A stretch of DNA of 64,000 nucleotides, taken from positions 32,001 through 96,000 of IMG/VR virus record IMGVR_UViG_3300032397_000003; one strand, written 5' to 3'. The position numbers were made by a program, and so were the translations under genes. The notes under the pieces are model-generated. The model was not told where the DNA came from and ran no database searches. It saw only the letters and a program-made list of their open reading frames with translations. Source of the stretch: a virus. The number at the start of each line of letters is the position of its first letter. The stretch's first letter is position 1. Positions 50,392 to 61,324 of this stretch are shown piece after piece.

Positions 50392-51387
50392 ATGATTGAA
50401 ACAGAAACTATAGAAGAAATAGAAATTTTAAATATTGAACCAGAATCGGAAACTAAAAAAACAGAAAATCGTGGCAAACCTATAGTATGTAAGTATTGCA
50501 AACATACATTTAAGATTGCTGATATTGAACTGAAACAACAATGGCAGAATAATAATTGTCATTGTCCACGATGTAATGAAGAGTGGGCTGTACTCCCACC
50601 AACTGAAAGGAAACTAAAATATCTACAAGCTGATTATTTGAATAATAGATGTGAAGAAACCATTGTACCTTTTATAAGATTACTTGATATATATTGTCAG
50701 TCGATTATTAAAAAAACATATAAGATATATTTAACTTATGAAGGATCGCTTGAGTATTATAGTTATAATGCAGTTACAGCTTTAATCGAAGAATATTTGT
50801 CAAGAGAAGATTTTAGGATAGATATTTCTTTTGGTGGGTATATGATATGGAAAATTAAACAGGCTATTTTCCACCCCTCGGAATTAGAATCTGTTCATGT
50901 ATCTCTTGACTTTGAATTTGAAGATGGGAATAACTTACATCAAATGATTCCTTGTGATAAAGGTGTACTAGACAAAATAGAGAATGAACAGTACAACAAT
51001 AGTCTATATAATAAAATAATAGGTATTATAGAGGGTGTTGAAGAATACTGTAAAAATTCATATGAAGATTATATAAGAACTATTTCTATAAATTTATATT
51101 TTAAAGAAGGGGAGACTGCATTTGATAAATTATTTCAGGCTTTTGGGCGAGAAGGAAAAATGATAGCAATGCAAACTATAGATTTACTCCGTAAAGAGCT
51201 TTGTTGTGGCGCTGAATTGGCTAGCAATGAATTACATAATTTAATTACAATAGATAGTAAGGCTGATAGTAAAGTTAAGAAATCAAAATATTCTAATCTA
51301 GATAAAATGAAAAAATTAACTGCAAAAATTATACCTGATTTGAAAATTAAAGGACAAGGGATTAAATATTTTTGTGAAGAATCATAA
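50392..51387 (+). CDS. Candidate phage sigma-70-like factor with N-terminal zinc ribbon
   Basis: CKYC...CPRC; SFGGYMIWKIKQAI resembles region 2.3-2.4; VSLD resembles region 3.2. Confidence 0.5.
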   Translation: MIETETIEEIEILNIEPESETKKTENRGKPIVCKYCKHTFKIADIELKQQWQNNNCHCPRCNEEWAVLPPTERKLKYLQADYLNNRCEETIVPFIRLLDIYCQSIIKKTYKIYLTYEGSLEYYSYNAVTALIEEYLSREDFRIDISFGGYMIWKIKQAIFHPSELESVHVSLDFEFEDGNNLHQMIPCDKGVLDKIENEQYNNSLYNKIIGIIEGVEEYCKNSYEDYIRTISINLYFKEGETAFDKLFQAFGREGKMIAMQTIDLLRKELCCGAELASNELHNLITIDSKADSKVKKSKYSNLDKMKKLTAKIIPDLKIKGQGIKYFCEES

Positions 51388-51421
51388 ATATCTAATCCAC
51401 TACTAATATAAAAAATCAGTA

Positions 51422-51928
51422 GTGGATAAAAGGTATTATATGCAAGCATTTTTACGACAGACCTTGGAAAATTATTTTTCTCAAGAGGACACATTAAATC
51501 ATCAAATATTTAATGAACTATCTTTATATATTTACTCATTAGATCACAGGATGAATGATTTGTTCATGCTTGCCAAAATTCTTGATCAAGAAAGCCTACA
51601 AAGACTGATTGCATATTATGATGGGGACATATTAAGACTCCCTTCAAGAGAAGCATATAAGACAAGTGTACTAACTGCATTATGTTTTTGGTTAAAAGTA
51701 TTTAAAGGTTATACATGGCAGGATATAAAAGATTATTTAGATATACCAGATACTCACAAAGATTTATTAAGTTCAATAAGCATAGGAGGAAAGATAAATA
51801 AAATCAAAGATACATTAGGTGCTGATATAGTTGAGATGTTAGGAACTATTGAAGAAAAAGATTTTGTAGATTTTTATAACGCATTAAACAGTAAAAAAGA
51901 GGAAGCAAACAATGACAGATCAGAATAA
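51422..51928 (+). CDS. Possible Mor-like transcription regulator
   Basis: LAKILDQESLQRLIAYYDGDILRLP resembles the Mor GG..IYIP segment. Confidence 0.4.
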   Translation: MDKRYYMQAFLRQTLENYFSQEDTLNHQIFNELSLYIYSLDHRMNDLFMLAKILDQESLQRLIAYYDGDILRLPSREAYKTSVLTALCFWLKVFKGYTWQDIKDYLDIPDTHKDLLSSISIGGKINKIKDTLGADIVEMLGTIEEKDFVDFYNALNSKKEEANNDRSE

Positions 51929-52379
51929 TTTAATTTCAAAAATAGAAAACATAACATCCGAAGTGGAATCAAATTCTATTGTAGATAGAAATAAAATAAA
52001 AGAAGAATCTTTTAAAAATCTAATGGGGTTTTTAAATGGTTATATAAAGAGATCAGCAAGTAAGTCTAACCTAAAAGAAAAAGTAGAACAAATGTTATTT
52101 GATAAATTAGAATCAGAAGAAGAAGATGTTCCTTATGGAGTACTTATAAAATTAATTGAAGTACTTTCTAAATCTGAAACAGATGCTTCTCTTCCTATAT
52201 TAAGAATCATTGAGTCAGCTACAAAAGTTGATAAAGAATTAGAAGCTCCTCCTGTTAATCAACCAGGATTTATAGAAGGCTCATCTGTAACTACTGAAGA
52301 TATAAAAGGATTTAAACAATTATTAGAGCTTGTAAATGGTTTAAAGAGTTCTGAATTTACTGAAGGAGAAAAAGTGTGA
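51912..52379 (+). CDS. Hypothetical protein
   Basis: ORF track. Confidence 0.6.
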   Translation: MTDQNNLISKIENITSEVESNSIVDRNKIKEESFKNLMGFLNGYIKRSASKSNLKEKVEQMLFDKLESEEEDVPYGVLIKLIEVLSKSETDASLPILRIIESATKVDKELEAPPVNQPGFIEGSSVTTEDIKGFKQLLELVNGLKSSEFTEGEKV

Positions 52380-53323
52380 AGTACTCATCAATTATAATTG
52401 ATATGAATAATGCCTATTGGCGTTCTGTCGCATCTTGTATTAAAAAAATAGTTGAACAAGAAAATGAAGATGCTTTCTATTCTATAACTATACAGGACTC
52501 ACTTGAAAGAATAAAACAAATAAGAGATACTTATGGTAATCAGGAAACTTCTGTTTATATTCTTCATGATAATCCTTTCTCTAAAATAAATGAAAGAGAG
52601 ATGATCGATTCATCATATAAACATGCGAGAAAGAATAAAAATATTCCACAAGTATTTTACAAATCTCTTGAAAAACTTTTAGAGATATTAAAATCTTATG
52701 ATAATAATTTTTATATTATATCACATCCTAAGTGTGAAGCCGACGACTTGGTACTTCCTGTATTACAGGATATTAAAGGATCAACCTTACTTGTAAGTGC
52801 TGATCTTGATTGGGCAAGGAGTATTGAAGATAATGGTGATCAAAAAATTCATTGGTTTAACTATTTAAAAGTTTATGATGTAGAAAATTTTACCACTGAA
52901 TATGGTTTTAATCCTTCCGGTAATGGAGTAAAAATATATAAAGCAATACATGGAGATAAGAGTGATTGTGTAGAAAACGCTGTTCCTTATTTACCTAAAG
53001 CAGTATTGTATTCTATAGTAAATAATTATGATAGTATATATGATCTACTTGCTAATATGTGGAAGGATGATACTATACCTAAACAATGGAAACTTAAAAT
53101 TCAAGAAGCTCAGGTACAACTTAAAATAAATTATCAACTTGTAGATTTTTTAAATCTTGATTTAGGATTTGATGATATAGCTTATAAATGTATAGAGGAT
53201 AAAGAAAAATTACGCTCATGGTTTTTATTGCTTGATATCCCCCTTCCAAATAATTTAAGGGATTCAAGAGATTCACATAATTTTTTAGAAAGGAAAAAGT
53301 ATAAAAGAACTCTGAGTATTTAA
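52376..53323 (+). CDS. 5'-3' exonuclease / flap endonuclease (T4 RNase H-like)
   Basis: IDMNN, YKHAR, EADD, SADLD, GDKSD. Confidence 0.88.
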   Translation: MKYSSIIIDMNNAYWRSVASCIKKIVEQENEDAFYSITIQDSLERIKQIRDTYGNQETSVYILHDNPFSKINEREMIDSSYKHARKNKNIPQVFYKSLEKLLEILKSYDNNFYIISHPKCEADDLVLPVLQDIKGSTLLVSADLDWARSIEDNGDQKIHWFNYLKVYDVENFTTEYGFNPSGNGVKIYKAIHGDKSDCVENAVPYLPKAVLYSIVNNYDSIYDLLANMWKDDTIPKQWKLKIQEAQVQLKINYQLVDFLNLDLGFDDIAYKCIEDKEKLRSWFLLLDIPLPNNLRDSRDSHNFLERKKYKRTLSI

Positions 53324-53366
53324 TTTTTTAAAAATTTCTATATATTATAATAGTTAAGGAGAAATT

Positions 53367-54134
53367 ATGTCAAATATTTTATTATACCATAATGATTGTC
53401 TACAAGAAATGAAAAATATATCAGATAAATCTATCGATATGATTCTGTGCGATTTACCTTATGGGACAACAGCGTGTAAGTGGGATGTAATAATTCCATT
53501 TGAACCGTTATGGAAAGAGTATAAAAGAATTATAAAAGATCGGGGATGTATTGTATTATTCGGTAGTGAACCTTTTTCAAGTTATTTGAGAATGAGTAAT
53601 ATAAAGAATTATAAGTATGATTGGATTTGGAATAAGAATAAGGGAAGTAATATTATGTTGGCAAAGAAACAACCATTGAAAATACACGAAAATATAATTG
53701 TGTTTAATTGTTCAAATTATTTTCCACAAAAAACAAGTGTTATAGGAAAAATACGAGATCAAAGAAAAGAGAAGGAAAAAATAAATCGTATAGATGGAGC
53801 GGTAACTCCGAAAGGGCCAATTAAATATTCAACGGATTATGATCCATCAAAGAAATATCCTGTATCAATCCAGTATTTTTCAAATCACAGAGAGAAAGAA
53901 TATGTACTGCACCCCACTCAAAAACCCGTAGCACTTTTAGAATACCTGATAAAAACATACACCCTTGAAAATGAAACCGTTCTTGATAATTGCATGGGTT
54001 CAGGCAGTACGGGAGTAGCTTGCGTAAATACAAATAGAAATTTTATCGGAATAGAAAAAGATGAAATATATTTTGGTGTAGCTCAAAAAAGAATAGAAGA
54101 TACATTAAAAGCAGAAAAACGAAGATTATTTTAA
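53367..54134 (+). CDS. Amino DNA methyltransferase (N6A/N4C, beta class)
   Basis: DLPYG, HPTQKP, LDNCMGSGSTG. Confidence 0.93.
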   Translation: MSNILLYHNDCLQEMKNISDKSIDMILCDLPYGTTACKWDVIIPFEPLWKEYKRIIKDRGCIVLFGSEPFSSYLRMSNIKNYKYDWIWNKNKGSNIMLAKKQPLKIHENIIVFNCSNYFPQKTSVIGKIRDQRKEKEKINRIDGAVTPKGPIKYSTDYDPSKKYPVSIQYFSNHREKEYVLHPTQKPVALLEYLIKTYTLENETVLDNCMGSGSTGVACVNTNRNFIGIEKDEIYFGVAQKRIEDTLKAEKRRLF

Positions 54135-54148
54135 ATTAAGGAGAAATT

Positions 54149-55531
54149 ATGTCGGAGTTTGAAAAATTTATCCCTTCCGTGGAAGAGGATGAAAAATATG
54201 TATTACATTATATTTTAAAAAATCCAAAAGAACATTTTATAATAGATAAAGAAGATTTTATTTCAAACAATGGAAAGAAAGTTTATAATACTTTCTTTGA
54301 TTGTTTTAATAATTTAGGTATACAAACATTTGATAGAAGAGTTATACAAAAGAATTGTCCTTCTATAGATATTGAATATCTTAATAGTATTTTTGATAAA
54401 CAGAATCAAGATTTAAATCTTATAAAATCTTGTATTAAAAATATTAAAGATTATAAAGTAAAACTTCATATAGGTGAGACCGTAGAAAAATTCCTTGTAT
54501 CTACTACATCTAAAGGAGAGTTGAATTATGATACTATAAGAGGATTAGCTGATGGTATATTATATAATTCTATAAAACTAGATGATGATAAAACTGTTAG
54601 AACTTTTGAAGATTTATGTGACACCTATGAGGAGACTTTAGAGAAAAGAGAAAATGGTTTAAATAAAAGAACATATGGTTTTAATGTTATAGATAAGATG
54701 CTTATGAGACCAGCAGCTGCTGGAGAGATGACCACAGTATTTGGTATGAAAGGATCAGGAAAATCACTTCTTGTAAAGTGTATGGAAAATGTTTTAGTCA
54801 ATAAAGGTGTATGTGTTATATCAGTAAATCTTGAAATGGTAGAGGAAAGTAATATGGATAGATTGATGTCTATGGAAACTAATCTTTCACTTGAAGAACT
54901 TCTATCTGATAATAAATCAGAGGAGACAAAACAAATTATAAAAGATAATATAGAAACAAAAAGAAAAAGAAAAAACTATGCTTATTATGCAGAACCAATA
55001 ATGACTCTAAGTGACTTAGATGCATTCATATACAAGTGCAAACAGAAGTTCAAAGAAGCAGGAGTTTTACCTGAAGATGGTTATTGTGTACTTACAACAG
55101 ATTTAACAGAACAGATTGAGGAACTGTCAGGTAAGGCAGGAACAGAATTAAAACCCGGAGTGAATAGATTATTACAAATAACAAAGAAACATAATATTCA
55201 TACTATATGTACACTACAATCAAATGAAAATATTTTTAGATCCGGAAAATCTTTTGCCTCCCCTGAGGCTTGTGATAGTTTTACTTTACAACCGGAAGCG
55301 GTGGAAGGTGGTAGTGTCTACGCTGCTCGTAGTAGGATTGTAATGGCAATAAATAGACCACTAACTTTAAAGAGACGCTTCTTTCCGGCGAGAGAGGAGG
55401 AGTGGAATTTGGAGACGGACATCGTATTTTGTAGTATCGTGAAGCAGAACGATTCCCAATACCTCTCAAGGACGCCGTTCATCTTTGGGGGATCATCATT
55501 CAGATTGTTCCCTTATAAGAAGACAGACTAA
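54149..55531 (+). CDS. dnaB: DnaB-like replicative helicase
   Basis: GMKGSGKS, NLEM, KQND, SF4 layout. Confidence 0.8.
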   Translation: MSEFEKFIPSVEEDEKYVLHYILKNPKEHFIIDKEDFISNNGKKVYNTFFDCFNNLGIQTFDRRVIQKNCPSIDIEYLNSIFDKQNQDLNLIKSCIKNIKDYKVKLHIGETVEKFLVSTTSKGELNYDTIRGLADGILYNSIKLDDDKTVRTFEDLCDTYEETLEKRENGLNKRTYGFNVIDKMLMRPAAAGEMTTVFGMKGSGKSLLVKCMENVLVNKGVCVISVNLEMVEESNMDRLMSMETNLSLEELLSDNKSEETKQIIKDNIETKRKRKNYAYYAEPIMTLSDLDAFIYKCKQKFKEAGVLPEDGYCVLTTDLTEQIEELSGKAGTELKPGVNRLLQITKKHNIHTICTLQSNENIFRSGKSFASPEACDSFTLQPEAVEGGSVYAARSRIVMAINRPLTLKRRFFPAREEEWNLETDIVFCSIVKQNDSQYLSRTPFIFGGSSFRLFPYKKTD

Positions 55532-55710
55532 TACTAATTAGAAAATAGGGGGAGTATAATGGATAAGGATTATTACTGTAATAAAAGATGTATAAGAATA
55601 GATTCAGATTTTGAGATATGTAAGGATTGTACTAAAAGAAAGTTGTCTGGATTTGAAGACATACAAATGTGTAAAGAGTTTAATATAACCTATATCAGTG
55701 AGGATAAAGA

Positions 55711-56502
55711 ATGTCAGTAGCGTGTAATTTCAAGTGTGAGAAGTGTAATCAAATATTCGAGGTACATAAAGAAACGGCAACAGAAAACTTCGGGAGTTCT
55801 AGTAAATGTCCTTATTGTGGAGCGATTGAAACTTATAGAGTTTGGGGAATAGCGGATTTCTCCGTATCAGGAGGGATGTTGGGTAATAGTCTAAATGGTT
55901 ATGACTCGAATATAACCTACCATCCTTCAAACTATGGTAGATTTAAAGGAACTAAAATAAGAGGTATTAAATGATTATTTTTAAAGACTTGCCAAAAATA
56001 TCTGAAAAATTATTAGATGAACTTAAAGTAGGTGATATATTAAAACGTAAATCAGATGGTTGTTTTTATGAATTAAATAATATTACTGAGCATTCTGAAA
56101 CTCATAATTTTGTTTATAGTTTTTACGGATTTGCTGTTAAGATGTCTAAAAATCTTAAAGTTCATTTTGAAACAAATAACAGTTTATTTTTAGTTCACTA
56201 GAAATATAACAGAAATTTTTTAATTATAACGAAAAATTCTATATATTATAGATATAGAAATAATTTAAATAAGGATAATAGGGATAACAATGGTAATACA
56301 ATTAGATAGATTAAATTGTTTAGTTTGTGACAATAAATTAGAAATGATATCTTTAGATGGTAAGTGTTTTCCTAAAGGAACTATATATTTGCAATCTGTA
56401 AAAATTCCTTTAGAGAATACTCCTCTAAGATATCATAGTTTCTTTTGTGATAAATGTGAGAGTATAACTAAATGCTTAACAATAGTATCTGAAGATAATT
56501 AA
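55711..56502 (+). CDS. Small genes: FmdB-like zinc ribbon (55711-55974) and hypotheticals (55971-56201, 56290-56502)
   Basis: CEKC...CPYCG; ORF track. Confidence 0.6.
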
Positions 56503-56621
56503 GGAGAAATAAAAATGAAAGAAGTTACGGCTTTAAGTATTGGAATAATGGTAGGTGTGATAGATTGTTTATTTATTATTTATTTGATTGCTAAAGTATC
56601 TTTTCTACATGTGTTAATTAT

Positions 56622-57011
56622 ATGAGTTACAAAAGATTAGTCTTAAACAGAATTAAAACGCCTGATGGCACCCTACTTACTTCATATCATCAACATGATT
56701 ATGTAACGTATGTTGATGATAATGGATTAGAATATATGGTAGATGGGGGTTCTTTTTATGCAAGAAGAAATGTTCATGATGATTTTCCTTATGAAGAACT
56801 TTCTATCTATGAATGTGCCCCGTTTGAAATAATTAGAAAGGTCCTATCTTGGGGAACAAGAGGACAAAAAGTAGATAAGCCTCTTATATGGATTGTACTA
56901 GAGGATATGGAAACAGATCATATTGAAAAATGTTTAGAAATTCCTAACATTGATAAGATGTATAAAGATTTCTTTGAGAAAGAATTAAAGTATAGGGGTA
57001 TGGTTAGGTGA
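56622..57011 (+). CDS. Phage hypothetical protein (HDYV...VDGG motif)
   Basis: SYHQHDYV, MVDGG..Y, WGTRG. Confidence 0.65.
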   Translation: MSYKRLVLNRIKTPDGTLLTSYHQHDYVTYVDDNGLEYMVDGGSFYARRNVHDDFPYEELSIYECAPFEIIRKVLSWGTRGQKVDKPLIWIVLEDMETDHIEKCLEIPNIDKMYKDFFEKELKYRGMVR

Positions 57012-57493
57012 GACAGAATGTTGATGTGTATAAAGAAATGAGGGTAGATGATGAGAGAAGATTCTACCCTTCTTATTATCCAGTTGCAAAACATGAACCA
57101 TTGAATAGTAATTTTACAATACTAGAGAGTCCAGAAGATATTGGATATGGTTTGATAAGTTTAGTTTCTTTTGAACCCACTGATTTAATTGCTCAATGTA
57201 TGGGAGTTGCTATTGATTTTCAAACTTTACATTCTTTAGAGCACAAAGAAAATATTTTTTACCATGATCCATTCTTTAGTGGGTATCTCCTTCATTCATG
57301 TCAACCAAATGCAAAATTAGATATGTCTAATTTTACTTTACACGCTGTAGAGCATATATCTGCTTTTTCATTGATTACAATTGATTATAATGCTACAGAG
57401 AAAAAATTATATCAAGGTTTCGATTGTCTGTGTGGACATGATTGTTGTAAAGGATGGATTGGGGGGTATTCTTATAAGGAGGAAAGTAGATGA
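57008..57493 (+). CDS. SET-domain methyltransferase with post-SET motif
   Basis: GYGL, LHSCQPN, ITIDY, FDCLCGHDCCKG. Confidence 0.8.
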   Translation: MRQNVDVYKEMRVDDERRFYPSYYPVAKHEPLNSNFTILESPEDIGYGLISLVSFEPTDLIAQCMGVAIDFQTLHSLEHKENIFYHDPFFSGYLLHSCQPNAKLDMSNFTLHAVEHISAFSLITIDYNATEKKLYQGFDCLCGHDCCKGWIGGYSYKEESR

Positions 57494-57752
57494 TAAATGG
57501 AATAGCAATAATTGTAAGTATACTTGCAATGGCTATATGTGCTTTGAAGGGTAATGATACTCTTGTAATAATGAATGGCTTCTTGCTTATCTTTAATGTG
57601 ATATTATTAGTTATGAGGGATAAATAATATTTCAAATTTAAATTTAATTTTTAATGGAATTTCTATATATTGTAAGTATAAAAATAATTTAGGGTTGTAG
57701 CACAAGTAAATTGTTGTGACAACAATAAACCAATATATTAAAGGAGGTAAAA

Positions 57753-58223
57753 ATGCAATATCTAAAGAGTCACATGGATCAAAAATGTCGTCCTTATGCA
57801 TCTAAAGCTATAAGGGAAGGTTGTAATATATTAGAAATAGATTTACAAATGGCACAAGGAGAAATAGTTTTAGGACATAATTTTAGACCTCCATTAAAGA
57901 TGCTTTTTGACTGTACTCTTGATGAATATCTACATAGAATAGCAGAATCACATCCTGGAGTAAAAGTAATAGTTCAATTAGATATTAAAGAAATATGTAT
58001 TACTTCTAAGGGTATGAAAAACTTTTCTAAAAAATTGGCAGATCAACTTATTCCATATTTTAATGGCAACATTGAAATAATTGTTTCAGCTAATTCGGGT
58101 TTTAATCGTTTAAAAACTCTTGAATATGTAAGGTCATATCTAAATACTTCTGGTTGGCCAGCCCCTATATGGTACGAATGGAGAGAAGGAAAGGATATTA
58201 AAACGGTTGATTTATGGAGATGA
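57753..58223 (+). CDS. PLC-like/GDPD-like phosphodiesterase (Aim6-like N-terminal half)
   Basis: SHMD...RP...GCNILEIDL...LGH, QLDIK. Confidence 0.55.
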   Translation: MQYLKSHMDQKCRPYASKAIREGCNILEIDLQMAQGEIVLGHNFRPPLKMLFDCTLDEYLHRIAESHPGVKVIVQLDIKEICITSKGMKNFSKKLADQLIPYFNGNIEIIVSANSGFNRLKTLEYVRSYLNTSGWPAPIWYEWREGKDIKTVDLWR

Positions 58224-58368
58224 AACGTGAAGACTATAGTAAGGCATTTGATAGATATCGGATAGTCCTTGCACAGCATAAGATACATGGTAGAGATAAG
58301 ATTATAGGCTTAATGTTTTATGGATATTCTGAAGAGGTGTCAAAAAAAATCATAGAAAAATGGAATGA

Positions 58369-60039
58369 GTGTTACTCAGGGGGGAGTCTATGAACAAAGC
58401 AAGAAATAACTTTTATAATATTTTTATAAAACCAAAAGAATTAACAAGTGAAGATTTAGTGAATATTCATAATTATATATCTGAACTTGAAGCAGATAAA
58501 GCGGAGTTAATAGAATTTGTGGAGGAGATTCAAAATAGTTTTTCTATTTATACATATGACGAATTTAAGGATTGGAATGATAGAGTAAACAAATTCAAGG
58601 AGGAAAGATGAAATGTGAAGATTGTAATTGTTTCTATCATAGAAGACAAAAGGAGAAAGAAATGGAAAAACAAAAGTTTCAGTTTGAGAGTGTTGAAGCA
58701 TTTCAAATATATGATAATCAAATAAATAGCAGTACATATAATGAAAGATTAAAACGAGCTATTCAGTATGGTTACATCCGCAAATCAGAACTTGAAACAC
58801 TGGTTGAGGAAGCGGAAGAGATTTATGATGAAGCGTTTGATGATAAAAGTACAAAATATACAGCATTGGAAATGAAGCAATATCACGCAATTCAAGCCTT
58901 AAAAAAAGATCATCCGGAGTTTAAGAAATGATAACTGAATGTAAAAACTGTGTACTACAAAGAAACTTTGAATGCCCTCAGTATTTGGGAGAAGCTGTTG
59001 GATGGCGATGGTTCACAAGAACAGATGATTCTTGGAAAGATTGTTATAAGAATTATTTAGCTAAGAAAGAATTAGATTAAAATTTAGGAGAAGTAAAATG
59101 AAAAAATACATAGCAATAGTAATAATATTAGCGATATCAATAGGAATCAATATATGGTTCTTTGCGGGTAAAGGGATTCAGATTTATAATTATACCAGAA
59201 ATATAAATCATCAGGAACAATATCAACAGCAATGGCAGGGGATGCTATCTATCAATCAGTTTATGACTCAGGGAAATACTCTCGAGTGGAAACTTGTTAA
59301 ATGCTTGTTAGAAGATGTACCTGCAGAACTAAATAAATTGCACCCAATATCTAGTCTATATTGTAAGATTACTCTACATTCTAATTCAGCATGGGTTGAT
59401 CTAATTTATCCAGATATTTTTACTAAAACAAAAGATGTAGAGGTTAAGAAATAAATGTTTTACGAAGGTGATGAAGTTAGAACTTGTTCTAAAGTCACTC
59501 AGAAGACTAAAGATATTCTAGTTGCTAATGGTATTAAACCCGGACAGAAAGGAATAGTTATATCTGAAGTAACCATAGTAACTGTTAATTTCGGTGGTAA
59601 AATAGTAACCTTAGATGAAAATGCTATAGAGTCTATTCTTGAGTATAAACCTAATAATAACTTTGATCTAGATGATTTAAAAGGATTATTTGGAATGAAA
59701 TAATAAGGAGGAAGAATGAATAAAAAATATTTAATAGTAATACTATCTTTAATTATGTTTTCAATAATTCTTGGTTTATGTATAGCGTTTTATACGCACG
59801 ATAAAATAAATAAATTTGAAGCAAAACTTAAAGAAACTTATTCTGAAGTAGTATATATTAAAAATAGTCAATTTATAGTCTCAGATAAAAAAGGAGATAT
59901 TCATTTAATAAATATGTCAGGTAAAACTCAAATCTTACTTTCTCTACAGGACATCGAAAGTGGATTAAATAGAGATTTCACTCTAAAGGATATTAGTAAA
60001 CCAGATTTAAAATTAAAGCATAATTTTACTAATAAATAA
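58369..60039 (+). CDS. Small hypothetical genes (58369-58611, 58608-58931, 59098-59454 TM, 59455-59703, 59716-60039 TM)
   Basis: ORF track, RBSs, N-terminal hydrophobic helices. Confidence 0.6.
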
Positions 60040-60053
60040 TAAAGAGGGTAAAG

Positions 60054-60860
60054 ATGAAAAAATGGTTATGGATTTTTAGTGGATTACTGTTATGCTATAC
60101 TGTATTATGTATTAGTCTTGCTAATAAGGGATTTGGAGCAGAATATGAAGAAAGTGTAACTAAATATAAAGATAACTATTTTTTGTTTGGTGATAAAGAA
60201 GCTCAAACAAAAGTACAGGTTTCGGTAAAATATAATATTCTTTATCCTTCTGAAACAGGATTTAATTTAGGATATACCCAAACAAGTAACTGGATTGTTT
60301 ATAGTGGAAGAGATACCTTTTATACAATGTATCAACCGGAAGCATTTTTTAATTTTGAATCAGGTAAAAATATATTTAAAGATTATATTATTCCTTATGT
60401 GGATTATATTCAAGTATCTCCTATATGTCATAATAGTACTGGAGTAGAAGGGGATAATCATAGAAGTATAAATATATATTATGCACAAGTACAAGCATCG
60501 ATTGGTGATGTATATAACTTTGGATTAAATCTAAAAGGTTTTGGTTATTATACAATAGCAGATAAAAATAAAGATATAAGAGACTACAAAGGATACTACG
60601 AGGCAAAGTTATTTTTTAAGTTAAAAAGTAAAACAGTTGAATACTTAGATAAAGAAGAATTAGCATTTTCATTTGGTGGTTATGATAAATCGGATTATGA
60701 TCATACAAGAAAAGGTTGGTTTTGTATAGAGGCTAGATTTAGAATCATAACAACGTATGTACAACCAAAACTATTTTGCCAATTTTATCGGGGGTATAAT
60801 GAGTTCATGGTCCAGTACAACAAAAAAACAAACTCTGTTCGTGTAGGTTTAGTATTTTAA
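60054..60860 (+). CDS. pldA: Outer-membrane phospholipase A (OMPLA/PldA-like)
   Basis: Signal peptide, KVQVSVKY, GYTQ, YQPE, catalytic HNSTG, GYNE...YN, terminal Phe. Confidence 0.8.
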   Translation: MKKWLWIFSGLLLCYTVLCISLANKGFGAEYEESVTKYKDNYFLFGDKEAQTKVQVSVKYNILYPSETGFNLGYTQTSNWIVYSGRDTFYTMYQPEAFFNFESGKNIFKDYIIPYVDYIQVSPICHNSTGVEGDNHRSINIYYAQVQASIGDVYNFGLNLKGFGYYTIADKNKDIRDYKGYYEAKLFFKLKSKTVEYLDKEELAFSFGGYDKSDYDHTRKGWFCIEARFRIITTYVQPKLFCQFYRGYNEFMVQYNKKTNSVRVGLVF

Positions 60861-60873
60861 AGAGGTAGATTAA

Positions 60874-61290
60874 ATGGTAGTTAAAGAAAAGAAAACAATA
60901 CTCAATCTAGGCTATGCACAATTATGGACAGCAGCTACGGTGATAGCGGGATTACTTGGTACTCTTTATGCAGCTGGAATAAAAACAGAAACAGAAATTA
61001 AGAAATTTGAGTTGATGAAACAAGCTCAGAAGTATGAAGATCAAATAGCTGAAATAAAAACAATTTCAAGAGAATTTGAAGCAGATGCAATTTTCTTTAA
61101 AAGCCAATATATAAAAACTCATGCAAGATTGAGTGTATGTATGAAAGAGGACATTTCAAAATATCCATTAGAAAAATTAACTTCTCCATTTTTAGCTAAA
61201 GTAAAAACCTCTTCCACAGAAGAAACCTCGGTTAAGTTTAACGAGAAAGAAATTATTCCTGTCCTGAAGTTACAGAGGAAAAAGAAATAA
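60874..61290 (+). CDS. Single-TM coiled-coil protein
   Basis: N-terminal hydrophobic helix followed by heptad-like region. Confidence 0.6.
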   Translation: MVVKEKKTILNLGYAQLWTAATVIAGLLGTLYAAGIKTETEIKKFELMKQAQKYEDQIAEIKTISREFEADAIFFKSQYIKTHARLSVCMKEDISKYPLEKLTSPFLAKVKTSSTEETSVKFNEKEIIPVLKLQRKKK

Positions 61291-61324
61291 CCTACTAATT
61301 ATCTAAAATAGTTGGGGGTTATAT

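Larger units (their letters stand above)
3096..61299. promoter_or_regulatory. Class-B promoter motif TACTAAT(A/T); e.g. 3096(-), 6690(-), 7008(-), 11102, 14917, 22480, 26520, 28107, 29989, 34367, 46151, 51401, 55532, 60027, 61293
   Basis: Recurs at gene boundaries, mostly 15-40 nt before a start codon, orientation follows the coding strand. Confidence 0.7.
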
